Source: Thermodesulfobacteriota bacterium
GTDB taxonomy: Bacteria > Desulfobacterota_D > UBA1144 > Nemesobacterales > UBA2774
DNA length: 64,000 nucleotides
Direction: 5' to 3'
NCBI GenBank assembly: GCA_963422265.1
Contig: OY729416.1
Location: 320,001-384,000 of the forward strand
Notes under the pieces: generated by a model
What the model was told of the DNA's origin: nothing
Seen by the model: only the letters and a program-made list of their open reading frames with translations
The model's database searches: none
Made by a program: the position numbers and the translations under genes
Shown here: positions 28,796 to 40,733 of the stretch, in pieces
Position numbering within the stretch: position 1 is the stretch's first letter
How the letters are laid out: every line of letters begins with the position of its first letter

Positions 28796-28823
28796 TTGAC
28801 AAAAAGCTAGTTCTCTGGATAAT
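28796..28823 (+). promoter_or_regulatory. Sigma70-type promoter of rpsT
   Basis: TTGACA at 28796 and (TG)GATAAT about 16 nt later. Confidence 0.5.
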
Positions 28824-28857
28824 ATTTTATTTATCTTCCAGAGAGGAGTTTTAGTGC

Positions 28858-29127
28858 ATGGCGTCAAGAATTAAATCAGGAATTAAAAAACACCGCCAGA
28901 GCTTGAAGAAGAGGGCTAGAAACACCGCCGTAAAGTCAGAGCTTAAAACCCAGCTCAAAAAATTTGTCAGCGCTTTATCAAATGGAGACGTCGAGTTTGT
29001 TCAAAACACGTTAAGAGAAACTCAGGCTAAACTCAAGAAAGCAGGATCGAAAAGCGTTATAAGTAAAAAGACTGCGGCTAGAAAGGTTTCAAGACTTTCT
29101 AAGTTGGTGTCTCGCTCATTCAATTAG
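28858..29127 (+). CDS. rpsT: 30S ribosomal protein S20
   Basis: IKS.IK..RQ..K.R.RN...KS..KT and K..AARK.SRL patterns; convergent with holA as is common. Confidence 0.92.
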   Translation: MASRIKSGIKKHRQSLKKRARNTAVKSELKTQLKKFVSALSNGDVEFVQNTLRETQAKLKKAGSKSVISKKTAARKVSRLSKLVSRSFN

Positions 29128-30130
29128 GTTTTTTTACACATAGATCAAGCGTCAGCTTTGTTAGAGTGAAGTTGCGGGCTATATAGCTTGTCTTGAGCTT
29201 CTTGTCGCACTCGCCTAAGATGCTCATAATGCGCGTTATATCATCGTAGGAAAACTTTTTCTGATCCTCGCTTATATAATAAAAAGCACCTGGAGACATT
29301 TTTAGCTCTCTTAATATTTGGGTTCTAGGAGCTTTCTTCTCGATTAACTCTTTTGCCCTCCACATCAGCCTGAAACGCCATGTGATCCTGCTTAAAATAG
29401 ATAGAGGTTCCTCGCCTTTTGCCTCTAGATCAGCAAGCACCTTGTGGGCGGTGCTTTTATCTCTTTTAGAGATCGCGTTAATAAGTGCAAAAACGTCTTG
29501 GAATTTATTTTTATTTGTGAGTTCAAGGATCGTCTTACCGTCAATTTCCTCACCCTCGCTTTTGTAGGTGGAAAGTTTAATAAGCTCGTTGTTTATTTCC
29601 TGCAGATTGTCTCCGACTAGGGATATGAGCGTCTCTGCCCCGTCTCTAGTGAGGCGGAAGCCCATTTTGCGAGCTTCTTCAATTGCTATTGAAGCCGCGT
29701 TCTTCCCTTTCAAAGAGAAAGTATAACTCAAGGTGTGCGCTTTGTTCTTAATTTTAGGATTCTTGCCGTCAGAGAACATAAGCACAAGGCAAGTGCTAGG
29801 TGAGGGAGAAGCTATGTATTCATCAATAATAGCTATTTCTTGTGATGGAAGCCTATCGGCATTTTTTACTACTAAAACTTTTTTGTCCGAAAACATGGAG
29901 TAAGTACTTGCGTTCCCGACAATTTCGTTACCTGAGGCAGAGTCTCCATAGAGTATGAATAAGTTCGTATCATCGGATTTACCTAGCAATTTAGTTCTTA
30001 GTTTGCTAAGAGCCTGCTCCATTAGATAAATTTGGTCCCCAGTGAATATATATACAGGGACTAATTCGCCTGCTTCTATCTCATTTAAAAAATCGTCAAA
30101 TCCCGCTTTTGAAGAAGCTCTTTTGCTCAT
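29120..30130 (-). CDS. holA: DNA polymerase III delta subunit
   Basis: PVYIFTGD.YL, MFSDKKVLVV, NELIKL, VFALINA and D.KLKT motifs; adjacent to rpsT. Confidence 0.85.
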   Translation of the reverse strand: MSKRASSKAGFDDFLNEIEAGELVPVYIFTGDQIYLMEQALSKLRTKLLGKSDDTNLFILYGDSASGNEIVGNASTYSMFSDKKVLVVKNADRLPSQEIAIIDEYIASPSPSTCLVLMFSDGKNPKIKNKAHTLSYTFSLKGKNAASIAIEEARKMGFRLTRDGAETLISLVGDNLQEINNELIKLSTYKSEGEEIDGKTILELTNKNKFQDVFALINAISKRDKSTAHKVLADLEAKGEEPLSILSRITWRFRLMWRAKELIEKKAPRTQILRELKMSPGAFYYISEDQKKFSYDDITRIMSILGECDKKLKTSYIARNFTLTKLTLDLCVKKPN

Positions 30131-30215
30131 AGCTATTTCGTGAAATTATATCCTAGCCAACTTGAACTAGCGAGCGGAGTGGAAAGACCTCCTAGCTTTG
30201 TTTAGAATAACTTAA

Positions 30216-30944
30216 ATGAGTTGTAAGAGCGAGAAGTTAGTAAAATATGGTTACATTGGAAGAAAGAACTACAGTGAAGCACTTTCGCTTCAGCGATGTC
30301 TTCACGATTGGCTTGTTGAGTCGGATACGGTGCAGAGTGGATATTTACTTTTACTTGAGCATAATCCGGTTATAACTAACGGTAGGTTTGGAAACATTAA
30401 TAACCTCAAGCTCTCAATGCACGAAATTGAGAAAAAGGGAGTGCGCGTTTACGGCACAAGCCGGGGTGGCGATCTTACTTATCACGGTCCAGGACAACTC
30501 GTCGCTTATCCAATTATTAGTCTAAGAAAGCTCGGGCTAGGGGTTAAATCCTACGTGTCATCGCTCGAAGAAGTAGTGATTAAAGTATTAAATGAATATG
30601 GTATAGATGGCAAGAGGCGAGAAGGGTTTCCAGGGGTCTGGACTAGGGGGGCTAAGATCGCCTCAGTAGGAATTTCCATAGAAAGGGGCGTAACTATGCA
30701 CGGCGCGGCACTTAACGTTAATACCGATCTTTCATATTTTTCACTTATGGCTCCTTGTGGAATTTCGGACGTCAGCGTTACTTCAATGGAGGCAATACTT
30801 GGCTCGCCGCAGGATATGGAAATTATCGCTCAATCTTTCGCCAAATGCTTTAGAAGGGAACTAGGCGTCAAATTAGACCCATCCTTTGACTCTCAAGAAC
30901 CTTTTGCGGATCTTCACGACGTTACCCATAGTTCCTTACTCTAA
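30216..30944 (+). CDS. lipB: Octanoyltransferase
   Basis: [36 protein letters not shown] and PCG motifs. Confidence 0.94.
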   Translation: MSCKSEKLVKYGYIGRKNYSEALSLQRCLHDWLVESDTVQSGYLLLLEHNPVITNGRFGNINNLKLSMHEIEKKGVRVYGTSRGGDLTYHGPGQLVAYPIISLRKLGLGVKSYVSSLEEVVIKVLNEYGIDGKRREGFPGVWTRGAKIASVGISIERGVTMHGAALNVNTDLSYFSLMAPCGISDVSVTSMEAILGSPQDMEIIAQSFAKCFRRELGVKLDPSFDSQEPFADLHDVTHSSLL

Positions 30945-31361
30945 ACCGTTGTAAATCTCAATTGCATTGAAGAAATAATTTATCTCAAAGTCCGCTGATT
31001 CAGGAGAGTCTGAGCCATGAACCGTATTTTCCTCTATATTCGTCGCAAATTCTTTCCTTATGGTGCCGCTTGCCGCTTCTTCAGGATTAGTAGCTCCCAT
31101 TATATTTCTTACTTTGGAAATAGCTTTTTCCCCTTCTAAGACCATAACCACCACGGGACCTCTTGACATAAAGTCGGTAAGATCTCCATAAAATGGTTTT
31201 TCCTTGTGAGCTATGTAGAACCCCTCGGCGTCTTCTTTCGTAAGCTTTAGCATTTTTATAGCGATTACTTTAATCCTGTTCTTCTCAAATCTCGATATTA
31301 TCTCACCTATAACGTTTTTTTCCGTTCCGTCAGGTTTTACAATCGACAGCGTGCGCTCCAT
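30936..31361 (-). CDS. ndk: Nucleoside diphosphate kinase
   Basis: [15 protein letters not shown] and N.VHGSDS motifs. Confidence 0.97.
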   Translation of the reverse strand: MERTLSIVKPDGTEKNVIGEIISRFEKNRIKVIAIKMLKLTKEDAEGFYIAHKEKPFYGDLTDFMSRGPVVVMVLEGEKAISKVRNIMGATNPEEAASGTIRKEFATNIEENTVHGSDSPESADFEINYFFNAIEIYNGLE

Positions 31362-31542
31362 GTTTGCTTCTCCCTATACTTGGTTTAGATGATTTTTGCT
31401 CGTTATTTTTTCCTTACTTTTCATTTTGTCAAATTGTAAACAACTTGGAAAACTGCGAATTCGCCCTGTATTAATCTTGACAACTATTAAATGTTGACAA
31501 TATAGTGGGTTAGTGCACACTCATAATTTGCCAGAAGGGAAT

Positions 31543-32037
31543 ATGAGTCACCTTAATTTTTCTTATTTAAATTCCGAATTTGGAGAGATATATATCGTAG
31601 CAAGGACCTACGGAGCTTCTAAAGTAATTTTTGGACGAGATAGGTTCAAGGAATTTCAGAACGGCATGGAAGGGACGCGAATTATAGAGGGTGGTGGAAT
31701 CGCTGAAGAATTGTGCCAAGAAATCGGACTTTATCTTGAAGGCAGACTTTCAAAATTCAAAACCAAGCTACAGATTGTGCAGGGGACGCCGTTTCAAAGG
31801 GCTGTGTGGAAAAAACTCATCGGTATCCCATATGGTTGCTTGATTACTTATAAAGGAATGGCAAGGCAGTTAGGAAGACCCAATGCGGCAAGGGCGGTAG
31901 GGAACGCCATAGGGGCGAATCCCCTACCAATAGTTGTGCCATGCCATAGGGTGTTGGGTTCTAAAGGTATAGGTGGTTATTCTTGTGGGATTCATGTAAA
32001 GGAACGTCTCCTAAGACTTGAAGGGTCAATAGCTTAA
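31543..32037 (+). CDS. ogt: Methylated-DNA-protein-cysteine methyltransferase
   Basis: GTPFQ..VW, ARAVG.A and active-site PCHRV. An upstream TTGACA(31477)-18-TATAGT(31501) looks like a promoter. Confidence 0.93.
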   Translation: MSHLNFSYLNSEFGEIYIVARTYGASKVIFGRDRFKEFQNGMEGTRIIEGGGIAEELCQEIGLYLEGRLSKFKTKLQIVQGTPFQRAVWKKLIGIPYGCLITYKGMARQLGRPNAARAVGNAIGANPLPIVVPCHRVLGSKGIGGYSCGIHVKERLLRLEGSIA

Positions 32038-32038
32038 A

Positions 32039-32491
32039 GTGAAAAAGGGGATTGCTAACCTTATAGCAACTTTCTTTTACGTAGGATTATCCCCTTATGT
32101 GCCAGGGACTCTCGGCACTCTTGCAGCGATACCGCTTTTCTACTTACTTTCCTTCACACCTGTATATGTATACTTAGCATTCACCATATTGATAATACTA
32201 ATTTCAATCTGGGCATCTAGTATAAGTGAGAGTATTTACGGAAAAACCGACCCGAGGCAAATTGTAACTGACGAAGTGTGTGGCTATCTTGTGACGATGA
32301 GTTTCGTTCAACCTACGTTGACTAACATGTTGGTGGGTTTCCTGTTTTTTAGAATATTTGATATTGTAAAACCTCCTCCGGCTAAGCAAGCCGAGCGTTT
32401 GCATGGTGGCTTAGGGGTTGTCTTGGACGACGTGGCAGCCGGGATATATGCAAATATAGTTATTCACCTCATGCTGAAATACGCGTTTTAG
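32039..32491 (+). CDS. pgpA: Phosphatidylglycerophosphatase A
   Basis: PGTLGTL, DP..IV.DEV.G, FRIFDI.KP and GG.GVVLDD motifs. Confidence 0.93.
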   Translation: MKKGIANLIATFFYVGLSPYVPGTLGTLAAIPLFYLLSFTPVYVYLAFTILIILISIWASSISESIYGKTDPRQIVTDEVCGYLVTMSFVQPTLTNMLVGFLFFRIFDIVKPPPAKQAERLHGGLGVVLDDVAAGIYANIVIHLMLKYAF

Positions 32492-32553
32492 TGATTCTAA
32501 TTTGGGAGGATTGCGTTATCGTTATATTCCTTGGTGATGAAGGACGTTGAGAA

Positions 32554-33795
32554 ATGAAGATTGAAATTATAACCACGGGTGATGAGCTTATGAGTGGCCT
32601 TACCCAGGACAGTAATTTTCGCTGGGCGGCTGAGGTATTTTTTAGCCTCGAATTTAACGTGGAGTATCATACAACCGTTGGGGATTTAAGAGGGGCGATA
32701 CTGAGCGCATTTAGAACCGCGGAGACTAGGGCGGACGTCGTTATAGTTACCGGTGGGCTTGGTCCCACGCCAGATGACCTGACGGTTGAGCTCGCTGCTG
32801 AATACTTCGGCGCGTCCCTAGAATTTAACCAGGCTGTGTTTAAAACTTTGGAAGAAAGACTTATGAAGAGGGGGCGGACCGTTAATAAATCAAATAAAAA
32901 ACAGGCCTATCTTCCCTCCGGTTCCGTTGTATTAAAAAATCATTGGGGTACTGCACCCGGCTTTAATTATGAGCGAGACGGAACCCTTTTTTACTTTCTT
33001 CCTGGGGTTCCTATAGAGTTTCAGTCTATGATGAGGGAATACGTTCTTCCAGACTTGGGAAGGCGCTATTGTAGAAGAGTCAAACGTTGCGCTAAATTGA
33101 TTAAGACTTTTGGGCTTCCGGAATCAGAGCTTGCAGAGATGCTAAAAGGTATTGAGCGTGAAGGGATCAGGCTCGGATATAGGTCTCATTTTCCAGAGGT
33201 TCACCTACGCGTCTCTGCCTCGTCTAGTAATGCGTCAGGTGCTCAAGAGCTTATGTCTGAGTTCGTTGACGAAATTCTGATGAGGTTAGGCGACAGCGTT
33301 TTTACGACTGAAGGAGAGTTGATAGAAGAGGTTGTTGGAAGGCTTCTTTGTGAAAACAACTTTACCCTAGCAACGGCAGAGTCCTGCACCGGTGGACTTC
33401 TCTCTCACAGGATAACCAACGTGCCGGGTAGCTCTTCTTACTTCTTGGAAAGTATAGTATCTTATAGTAATGAGTCTAAGAGTAGGGTACTCAAGGTTCC
33501 CGTGGAACTAATAGACTTGCATGGGGCGGTCAGCGCGCCAGTTGTAGAGGCAATGGCAGCGGGGGTGAGAAAACTATCCGGTGCCGATTTAGGAGTAGGT
33601 ATTTCAGGGATTGCCGGCCCTGACGGAGGAACTGTTGAAAAACCAGTTGGGACCGTGTTTATAGGTATGGACAGTGAGATCGGTCAAGCAGTTTCTCATG
33701 AGTATCTATTCCACGGAGACCGTGAGCGAATCAAGTTAATTACCGTAGAGACAGCCCTTAATTTAATTCGCAAAAATTTAATAATTAGAGTATAA
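32554..33795 (+). CDS. cinA: Competence/damage-inducible protein CinA (MoCF domain plus NMN deamidase)
   Basis: GDEL.SG, GGLGPT.DD.T, GTAPG, LPGVP, AESCTGG and GIAGPDG motifs. Confidence 0.94.
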   Translation: MKIEIITTGDELMSGLTQDSNFRWAAEVFFSLEFNVEYHTTVGDLRGAILSAFRTAETRADVVIVTGGLGPTPDDLTVELAAEYFGASLEFNQAVFKTLEERLMKRGRTVNKSNKKQAYLPSGSVVLKNHWGTAPGFNYERDGTLFYFLPGVPIEFQSMMREYVLPDLGRRYCRRVKRCAKLIKTFGLPESELAEMLKGIEREGIRLGYRSHFPEVHLRVSASSSNASGAQELMSEFVDEILMRLGDSVFTTEGELIEEVVGRLLCENNFTLATAESCTGGLLSHRITNVPGSSSYFLESIVSYSNESKSRVLKVPVELIDLHGAVSAPVVEAMAAGVRKLSGADLGVGISGIAGPDGGTVEKPVGTVFIGMDSEIGQAVSHEYLFHGDRERIKLITVETALNLIRKNLIIRV

Positions 33796-33811
33796 TTACA
33801 GCAATAATATA

Positions 33812-34849
33812 ATGGTAGAAACAAAAATGACAGAAGCAAAAGAAGAAAGCTCTAAAGAAAAAACGATAGATGTAGCAATCTCATCTATTGAAAAGCAGTT
33901 CGGAAAGGGTTCCATTATGAGGCTTGGAGCGGACTCTCCCTTGCCTCAGCTCTCGGTAATCCCTTCAGGGTCTATAGGTCTCGATATAGCGTTGGGCGTA
34001 GGGGGTTTTCCTAAAGGTAGAATTGTTGAAATCTACGGTCCCGAGTCTTCAGGTAAAACCACTCTTGCTCTACACGTAATAGCTGAGGCTCATAAGAAGG
34101 GTGGCATTGCTGCCTTTGTTGACGCCGAGCACGCTCTTGATCCTAGCTATGCTCAGAGGTTGGGGGTAAAGATAGATGACTTGCTTATATCACAGCCTGA
34201 CTTTGGCGAGCAGGCTCTTGAAATAGTTGATACTTTGGTAAGAAGTGGTGCCGTCGACGTTATTGTCCTTGACTCAGTGGCGGCTTTGGTGCCACGGGCT
34301 GAGATAGAAGGTGAGATGGGCGATGCCCACGTAGGACTTCAGGCGAGGTTAATGTCACAGGCGCTCAGAAAACTCACCGCGACGGTTGGTAGGTCAAACA
34401 CGTTGGTTATATTTGTTAATCAGACGAGGATGAAGATTGGGACGCTTCCTTATATGAATCCGGAGACAACTAGTGGTGGTACCGCTCTTAGGTTTTATTC
34501 CTCAGTCAGAATAGACGTGCGTAGGCTAGGTTCAATTAAAAATGGTGAAGAAGTTGCTGGAAACAGGGTTAGGGCAAGGGTAGTAAAGAATAAAGTTGCG
34601 CCTCCCTTTAGGGATGCTGAGTTTGACGTAATGTTTGGTCATGGGATTTCACAGACTGGCGAGATGATAGATTTAGGGACAAAGCTCAAGGTAGTCAAAA
34701 AGAGTGGGGCGTGGTACTCCTATGAGAATGAGAGACTCGGACAAGGACGTGAAAACGCTAGAACGTTTCTTCAGAACAATTCTGAAGTAAGAGAGCGTCT
34801 AAAAAGTGAAATTTTACTTAACCTTAAATCTACGAAAGGGAAGAAATGA
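33812..34849 (+). CDS. recA: Recombinase A
   Basis: [33 protein letters not shown] and KNKVAPPF motifs. Confidence 0.99.
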   Translation: MVETKMTEAKEESSKEKTIDVAISSIEKQFGKGSIMRLGADSPLPQLSVIPSGSIGLDIALGVGGFPKGRIVEIYGPESSGKTTLALHVIAEAHKKGGIAAFVDAEHALDPSYAQRLGVKIDDLLISQPDFGEQALEIVDTLVRSGAVDVIVLDSVAALVPRAEIEGEMGDAHVGLQARLMSQALRKLTATVGRSNTLVIFVNQTRMKIGTLPYMNPETTSGGTALRFYSSVRIDVRRLGSIKNGEEVAGNRVRARVVKNKVAPPFRDAEFDVMFGHGISQTGEMIDLGTKLKVVKKSGAWYSYENERLGQGRENARTFLQNNSEVRERLKSEILLNLKSTKGKK

Positions 34850-34955
34850 GAAGGTAGATAGCAAACAAAGCTACGACAAGTAGCATTTTCCTTTGTAAAC
34901 AGGCCTGTCGTCGCGCGATAATTCTTCCTGCCAACTTTGTATTAATAGTTATGAA

Positions 34956-35651
34956 ATGAGGATATTAGGAATAGAGACATCGACGTATTCAGGAAGCGTT
35001 GCAGTAATAGACAAAGAACAAATAAAGGGTGAATACTATTTCAGCATAGGTCCTTCCCATGCCGAGAAGCTCGTTCCTTCTGTCAATTGGCTATTGAATG
35101 ATATAGGAGTTGAAAAAACCCAGCTAGATGGAGTTGCCGTGTCGGTCGGTCCCGGTTCATTCACGTCCCTTAGAGTAGGGGTTTCTGTAGCCAAGGGCAT
35201 ATCTTACTCTTTGGGTATTCCCGTTGCGGGGTTTTCTTCTCTTGAGGTGCTGGCTATGAATGCACCTTTCTTTCAATGCAACGTATGCCCGGTGATTGAC
35301 GCTAAGAGAGGAGAGGTTTTCTGCGCTCTTTTCAATTCGCGTGCTGGGAAGCTAGAAAGAGCAACTCCAGATTTAATTTGTAACATTAAAAATTTGACAG
35401 AATTTATCAATACGAAGACAGCGTTTGTTGGCGAGGGAGCTTTACTTTATAGAGATTTTCTGGAAGATAGTTTAGGGGATTGTAGAATATATGATTCATT
35501 GAATTTGAATTTTCCCAGGGCTTCAATGCTTTGCGTATTGGCAACTCACAAATTTCGGAGTGGATACGAGGGCGATCCATATAAACTCATGCCAAACTAT
35601 ATAAGGCAATCTAACGCAGAAATTCAAAAAAGGAGAAGTCTGAATGGATAG
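34956..35651 (+). CDS. tsaB: tRNA threonylcarbamoyladenosine biosynthesis protein TsaB
   Basis: ILGIETST, GPGSFT.LR, IDAKRGE and P.YIR motifs. Confidence 0.93.
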   Translation: MRILGIETSTYSGSVAVIDKEQIKGEYYFSIGPSHAEKLVPSVNWLLNDIGVEKTQLDGVAVSVGPGSFTSLRVGVSVAKGISYSLGIPVAGFSSLEVLAMNAPFFQCNVCPVIDAKRGEVFCALFNSRAGKLERATPDLICNIKNLTEFINTKTAFVGEGALLYRDFLEDSLGDCRIYDSLNLNFPRASMLCVLATHKFRSGYEGDPYKLMPNYIRQSNAEIQKRRSLNG

Positions 35652-35856
35652 AGAAGAAAAGATTGGCAATTTGCTTGTGGGTGACGAGGAGTTCAAGAAA
35701 ATATACTACGAGCACAGGGAGCTTGACGAGGTTATAAGAAATTTGGAAGTCAAGGGATCTTTGACCTTAAATGATGAACTAGAGGTTAAAAAGTTAAAAA
35801 AAATAAAGCTTTCGCTCAAAGATAGATTGGAAGCTAAGCTAAGTGGAGGCAGGTAA
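35644..35856 (+). CDS. DUF465 (YdcH-like) coiled-coil protein
   Basis: EF...Y.EH.ELD..I and LKK.KL.LKD patterns. Confidence 0.8.
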   Translation: MDREEKIGNLLVGDEEFKKIYYEHRELDEVIRNLEVKGSLTLNDELEVKKLKKIKLSLKDRLEAKLSGGR

Positions 35857-35901
35857 TTTGCTTGCACCTAAAGTTCACGAACCTTATGGGGGTGCTTTAT
35901 A

Positions 35902-37605
35902 ATGGCGAGAATGATTGGCGCGGCGATGTTTTTTGAAACTCTTTTAGATCAGGGTATTGATGTTGTATTCGGTCTTCCTGGTGGTTACGTGCTTAAGGTG
36001 TACGATGTGATGCCACAATATACTGATAGAATAAAGCATGTTCTCGCCAGGCACGAGCAGGGAGCTACTCACATGGCGGATGGATACGCCAGAGCATCAG
36101 GTAAACCGGGCGTGGTGCTTTGCACGTCAGGACCTGCAGCGACAAACACGGTAACAGGTATTGCCACCGCTCAAATGGATTCTTCTCCTATAGTTGTTTT
36201 CACCGGTCAGGTGCCGCTTCCCTATTTGGGTAGCGACGCGTTTCAAGAAGCAGACCATATCGGAATAACGCGTCCATGTACAAAACATAATTATTTGGTA
36301 AGAAAGTCAAAAGATCTTCCGCGGGTAATGAAAGAGGCATTTCATATTGCCGGAACGGGCAGGCCTAGCCCAGTGCTTGTTGACATGCCAAAGGACGTTA
36401 TACTGGAGGAAGATGAACTTGTAATTCCTGATGAGATAAATTTGCGTGGCTATAAACCTCCTACCAAGGGTGATCCTAAACAGGTTAAGAAAGCGGCGGA
36501 AATGATTCTTGAAGCTAAACGTCCCCTTATTTTCGGTGGGGGGGGGCTAATATGGTCAGGGGCATCTGAAGAGCTTAAAGAATTTGCTCACCGTCTTGAA
36601 ATTCCAGTTACATCGACTCTCATGGGTTTAGGGGCATATCCGGCTAACGACCCGCTTTTTATACATATGCTTGGTATGCACGGTTCTTATGCGGCGAACA
36701 TGGCGGTTCACGATAGCGATCTTGTAATCTCCATAGGGGCGAGGTTTGATGATAGGGCTACTGGTGGCAACTTTGAAAAGTTTGCTCCAAAAGCGAAGAT
36801 TATTCATATTGATATAGATCCGGCTACGATTGATAAGAACATTGTTGTTCACTGCCCAATTGTGGGCGATGCTAAACAAGTAATTAGGCAATTATTAGAC
36901 GTTATTCCCTCGACAATTGATAAAGACAGAAAACCATGGCTTGCCCAGATTGAGGAATGGGATCGGCAGCAGCCAATGAGTTATAACCAGAACGGAGATA
37001 AAATTTTAACGACTTTTGTAATAGATACCCTTAATAGAATTACCGATGACGACGCTATTATTGTAAGCGACGTCGGACAGCACCAGATGTGGGTCGCTCA
37101 GTTTTACAAATTCAACTATCCCAGAACTCATATTACTTCGGGGGGGCTTGGAACTATGGGGTTTGGTTTTCCTGCTGCAATGGGAGCTAAATTCGCAAAG
37201 CCTGACAAACAAGTAGTTTGCGTATGTGGGGATGGAAGTTTCCAAATGAATATGCAGGAGCTTGCGACGGCGGTTGAAAACCGTATGGATATAAAAATCT
37301 TGCTCCTTAACAACAGACATCACGGAATGGTTAGGCAGTGGCAGACTATGTTCTTTAATAGTAATTATTCAGCTTCTTATTTTGAGGTTCTTCCCGATTT
37401 TGTTATGCTAGCTAAATCATTTGGAGCCAAAGGACTGAGGGCTGAGAGACCAGAAGAGCTTGAAGCTACGCTAAGGGAAGGGCTTTCCACTGAAGGGGTA
37501 GTGCTCATGGAGGTTTTAGTTGATTGCGAAGAGCTTGTTTATCCCATGATAGCTCCGGGCGGCGCGATGAACGAGATGATACTCGGAGCTGCGGACATGG
37601 CGTAA
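35902..37605 (+). CDS. ilvB: Acetolactate synthase large subunit
   Basis: RHEQGA.H.ADGYAR, TSGP, DAFQE, MLGMHG, DVGQHQMW, ThDP-binding GDGSFQMN and GMVRQWQ motifs. Confidence 0.96.
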   Translation: MARMIGAAMFFETLLDQGIDVVFGLPGGYVLKVYDVMPQYTDRIKHVLARHEQGATHMADGYARASGKPGVVLCTSGPAATNTVTGIATAQMDSSPIVVFTGQVPLPYLGSDAFQEADHIGITRPCTKHNYLVRKSKDLPRVMKEAFHIAGTGRPSPVLVDMPKDVILEEDELVIPDEINLRGYKPPTKGDPKQVKKAAEMILEAKRPLIFGGGGLIWSGASEELKEFAHRLEIPVTSTLMGLGAYPANDPLFIHMLGMHGSYAANMAVHDSDLVISIGARFDDRATGGNFEKFAPKAKIIHIDIDPATIDKNIVVHCPIVGDAKQVIRQLLDVIPSTIDKDRKPWLAQIEEWDRQQPMSYNQNGDKILTTFVIDTLNRITDDDAIIVSDVGQHQMWVAQFYKFNYPRTHITSGGLGTMGFGFPAAMGAKFAKPDKQVVCVCGDGSFQMNMQELATAVENRMDIKILLLNNRHHGMVRQWQTMFFNSNYSASYFEVLPDFVMLAKSFGAKGLRAERPEELEATLREGLSTEGVVLMEVLVDCEELVYPMIAPGGAMNEMILGAADMA

Positions 37606-37711
37606 CTGGATAAGTTAAGTTCGGCAAGTGGGATCAGTTTTTAATACCAAGTTTATTTCCCCACTTAATAAAGTTGGGCGTTAACCGATGAATTGTGGAG
37701 GCATATAATAA

Positions 37712-39241
<1,530 letters not shown>

Positions 39242-39242
<1 letters not shown>

Positions 39243-39931
39243 TGCGTGAGAGAGGACGGAGTCCTGTAGCTTCTGAAGGCTTTATCTTTATATGTATCTT
39301 TGCTTTCTTAGCGTGGTTTTCGGCTATTCTGGGTTTTACAATCTTTTCTTGTGCTTTTGCCCTACTTTGCGTTCTAAATATTTTTTTCTTTCGTGACCCC
39401 GAGAGAGACGTCCCTCAGGATAAAGATTCTTTAGTCTCACCTGCCGATGGAAGAGTCATACTTATTAAAGATGCTTACGAGAAAGATTTTCTTCACGCTA
39501 AGTTATTAAAGGTGAGCATATCCCTTGCGCTCTATGATTGTCACGTTAACAGAGCACCTATGGATGGTAGGGTACTCAGCACAAAATATACGCCCGGGAG
39601 CTTCAATATCGCAAATATGCCTGAGTGGTTCTACTTCGGGAATATCAAAAAAGCTTCGGAGAATAACGAGAGGCTCTCCACGTTAATTGAAGGTAAGAAT
39701 GGGGAAAACTTAGTAATATCTCAGGTAGCGGGCTTTCTAGCTAGGAGAATAGTCTCTTATGCTGAAGGCGGAGCAGAATTAAAAAAAGGTGAGAGATACG
39801 GTATTATTAAGTTTGGTTCGCGCGTGGATGTTTACCTACCCGTAGAATACGTTATAGAGGTAGAAGTAGGTAGCAGGGTAAAAGCGGGTGAAACAGTGAT
39901 AGCTAGGCTTAAAGAGCATAAATATGACTAG
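39242..39931 (+). CDS. psd: Phosphatidylserine decarboxylase proenzyme
   Basis: FFRDPER, SPADG, HVNRAP, NER and self-cleavage site FGSRVD. Confidence 0.93.
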
Positions 39932-40733
39932 GAGACGATCTAAGCGTGAAAAGGTAATACCTTTTATCCCTAACGTATTCACTACGGGTAATTTGTTATT
40001 TGGATTACTGTCAGTAGTAACCTCAATGCACATTCTTGCTGCGAGCTCTTCGGGAGGGGCGTCTTCCGAGTGGCTTTTTAAGAAATACTGGTGGGCTTCC
40101 GTATTTATTGTAGTGGCAGCCTTTTTCGATACTATGGATGGAACGCTCGCAAGGTTATTTAAACATGAAAGCAGATTCGGTCTTTCTTATGACTCGCTTT
40201 CAGACCTTGTCTCATTTGGCGTGGCTCCCGTCGTCCTTATATACGTATGGGTTTTGATGGAAGCTGAGAAGCTCGGTCTGATGGTACTTCTTATCTACGC
40301 GGTATGCACTGCCCTCAGGCTTGCGCGCTTCAACGTTCAATCTGGCAGCGTTGAAAAGCATGAGTTTTCTGGACTTCCGAGTCCGTGGGCGGCGGGTCTT
40401 ATGATTTCTCCTGTGATGCTACTTAGCGAGCTTCAGATATTTCCCGATGAAAGAATGATGTGGTTTTATCTTTTTGAAGCTCCTTTTATAGGTCTTCTTA
40501 TGGTGAGTAGCGTAAAGTATGTGAAGTTTCCAAAGGTCGATATGGGAACGCCTTTTAACGCCCTCGTTCTGGTGGCGATATCTTTTGCAACTGTAGCAAC
40601 TAACCCCGAGATAGTTTTTATTTCCGTCGTGTATATATATGCTATAGGTGGATTAGCGGTTTATATATACAACTATACAAGGGGCAAAACGAAAATATCA
40701 GATGGAGTAGAGACTACAGAAGGTGGTAGCTAG
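39924..40733 (+). CDS. pssA: CDP-diacylglycerol--serine O-phosphatidyltransferase
   Basis: PN.FT.GNL, D..DG..AR...S.FG..YDSLSD.VSFGVAP, RLARFN and F.GLP.P motifs. Confidence 0.93.
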   Translation: MTRRRSKREKVIPFIPNVFTTGNLLFGLLSVVTSMHILAASSSGGASSEWLFKKYWWASVFIVVAAFFDTMDGTLARLFKHESRFGLSYDSLSDLVSFGVAPVVLIYVWVLMEAEKLGLMVLLIYAVCTALRLARFNVQSGSVEKHEFSGLPSPWAAGLMISPVMLLSELQIFPDERMMWFYLFEAPFIGLLMVSSVKYVKFPKVDMGTPFNALVLVAISFATVATNPEIVFISVVYIYAIGGLAVYIYNYTRGKTKISDGVETTEGGS